A DNA stretch of 63,511 bases, counting the filler, from Octopus bimaculoides (taxonomy: Eukaryota), in NCBI RefSeq assembly GCF_001194135.2. It is 3 parts of 3 records of this genome, joined end to end, with 100 filler letters (N's around TTAATTAATTAA, not from the genome) between each part and the next. Parts side by side here need not be neighbours in the genome. Positions count along the whole stretch, not along the records: positions 48,996 to 63,511 come from NC_068982.1; 2 more parts are not named here. One strand, written 5' to 3'. The notes beneath the pieces were generated by a model. It did no database searches and was not told the DNA's origin. It saw only the letters and a list, made by a program, of their open reading frames with translations. The number at the start of each line of letters is the position of its first letter. Position 1 is the stretch's first letter. Both the position numbers and the translations under genes were made by a program. This document shows, piece by piece, positions 62,111 through 63,511 of this stretch.

Positions 62111-63312
62111 GTTGTAGCCATCATGCATGTATATGTGTGTATGTGTGCTTGCGCGTGCGCGTTTACACATACGCATGCGCACTCATACATAAGAGTAGTG
62201 GTTTGAGTAAAATAATATTGGTGCGTGATTTTATTTCTGCACTGTCTAAACATACACATAGCGAGGCATTTATTGGCTAATAATATAAAATTCATTCTAT
62301 CAGCCAAACAGTTGATCTTAGCAGAGATTGAATTTTATTTTATTATTTAGATTTGATTATTGGCTAAAATATCTTCAGTTTAAGAAATTGTTGGGAAAAT
62401 TTGTAGAGATGTTCAAAAATATCTGCCTTATAAAAATTTACACTTTCTTTTGTTTTCTAGTGATTATTACATTAACTTCCAAATTTCTATTTTCTTGGAA
62501 TTAATTAACTTTTTTCTGATATCAAATCAAGATTGTTAATTTATCCGTTTTCATTCAATTATCTTGGCACTTGACAGATCTAATACTACAGATCATTGAA
62601 CATTTGCTAAATTCCAAGCAATACCCACATATTTATTTCATTTGACGAGTGACTTCTTGATAGAAGCTGGAAAAAAGTGTTATGCGAACTGATCAAATAT
62701 AGCTTTTTCCTATATTAAGATGTCTGCTGTAAAATAAAATGGTATTTATATAACAACCGAGGAATCCGATACAATTTTCTTGTGAAGCGGAGAAAGACAT
62801 TGCTCGCAATTTAGGGTTGCATTGAGAAGCGGAATATTTGAAAATATTTACATCCTACAGTAGACAGATCATAACAGCTGCAGATATAATGCACTGCAAT
62901 ACATCATAGCAGCTGTTCTTTTGATATATTAGAATGCATCACACTGCAACATCTGCCATGATGTATTAGAATCTATGACGGAATCAACTGCTTTTATGTA
63001 TTATAACATATCATATCTGTTGCTTTTATCTTTCTTGATAACAATTACTCACAATTTTACCATTTATGATCATTTACAAGACATTTTTCAAATCTATAGA
63101 ATGGGTCTTGAAACTTAAACGGTTTCCGTTTCTGAGATCAGTTTTCTGTGTCATTCGCAACAAAATACAAAAGCAAGTTCCTTCAGACGAAATGGAGCAC
63201 ATGCTGGAGGTTAAGAAAATCTGCAAACATTTTGTTACTTCAAAGATATCTTGTCTACATTTTCATTTTATCTTTATCATTTTAGAATTTATTTCGACTG
63301 TAATACTTTTTC

Positions 63313-63475
63313 GCATGGATGTGTGGTAAGAAGTTTACTTCCCAACCACATGGTTCCGTGTTCAGTCGCACTACATTGCCACTTGAGCAAGTGTCTTCTT
63401 CTATAGCCTAGGGCCGATCAAAGCATTGAGAATGGATTTGATAGACGGAAACTCAAAGAAGCCCATTGTGTATAA

Positions 63476-63477
<2 letters not shown>
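63313..63477 (+). mobile_element. SINE B, 5' half
   Basis: gtgtggtaagaagtttacttcccaaccacatggttccgtgttcagtc..gcaagtgtcttc..agacggaaac. Confidence 0.9.

Positions 63478-63511
<34 letters not shown>

Overview
Repeat-dense, AT-rich, gap-ridden eukaryotic draft-assembly sequence. By inference from the SINE families and extreme microsatellite load it is most likely an octopus (coleoid cephalopod) intronic or intergenic region. I recognise no host protein-coding gene, and nearly all long ORFs in the track are artefacts of microsatellites or N-runs. The window holds dozens of tRNA-derived SINE copies from at least four families (my labels A-D), Tc1/mariner remnants and MITEs, RTE/LINE 3' fragments, possible Helitron ends and several foldback elements. 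The most notable signal is a set of minimal type I hammerhead-ribozyme (HHR) motifs of the kind known from Penelope-like elements, in several unrelated repeat families. The best example (49146-49740) has a tRNA-like Pol III head, (TAA)n and a body carrying an HHR with a palindromic ACGT stem III. It is tandemly duplicated at a 150-nt period and preceded by an inverted copy of its own head. A second HHR-like family sits in both arms of a ~295-bp inverted repeat at 39.1-39.8 kb. All assignments are by eye, and most boundaries are approximate.
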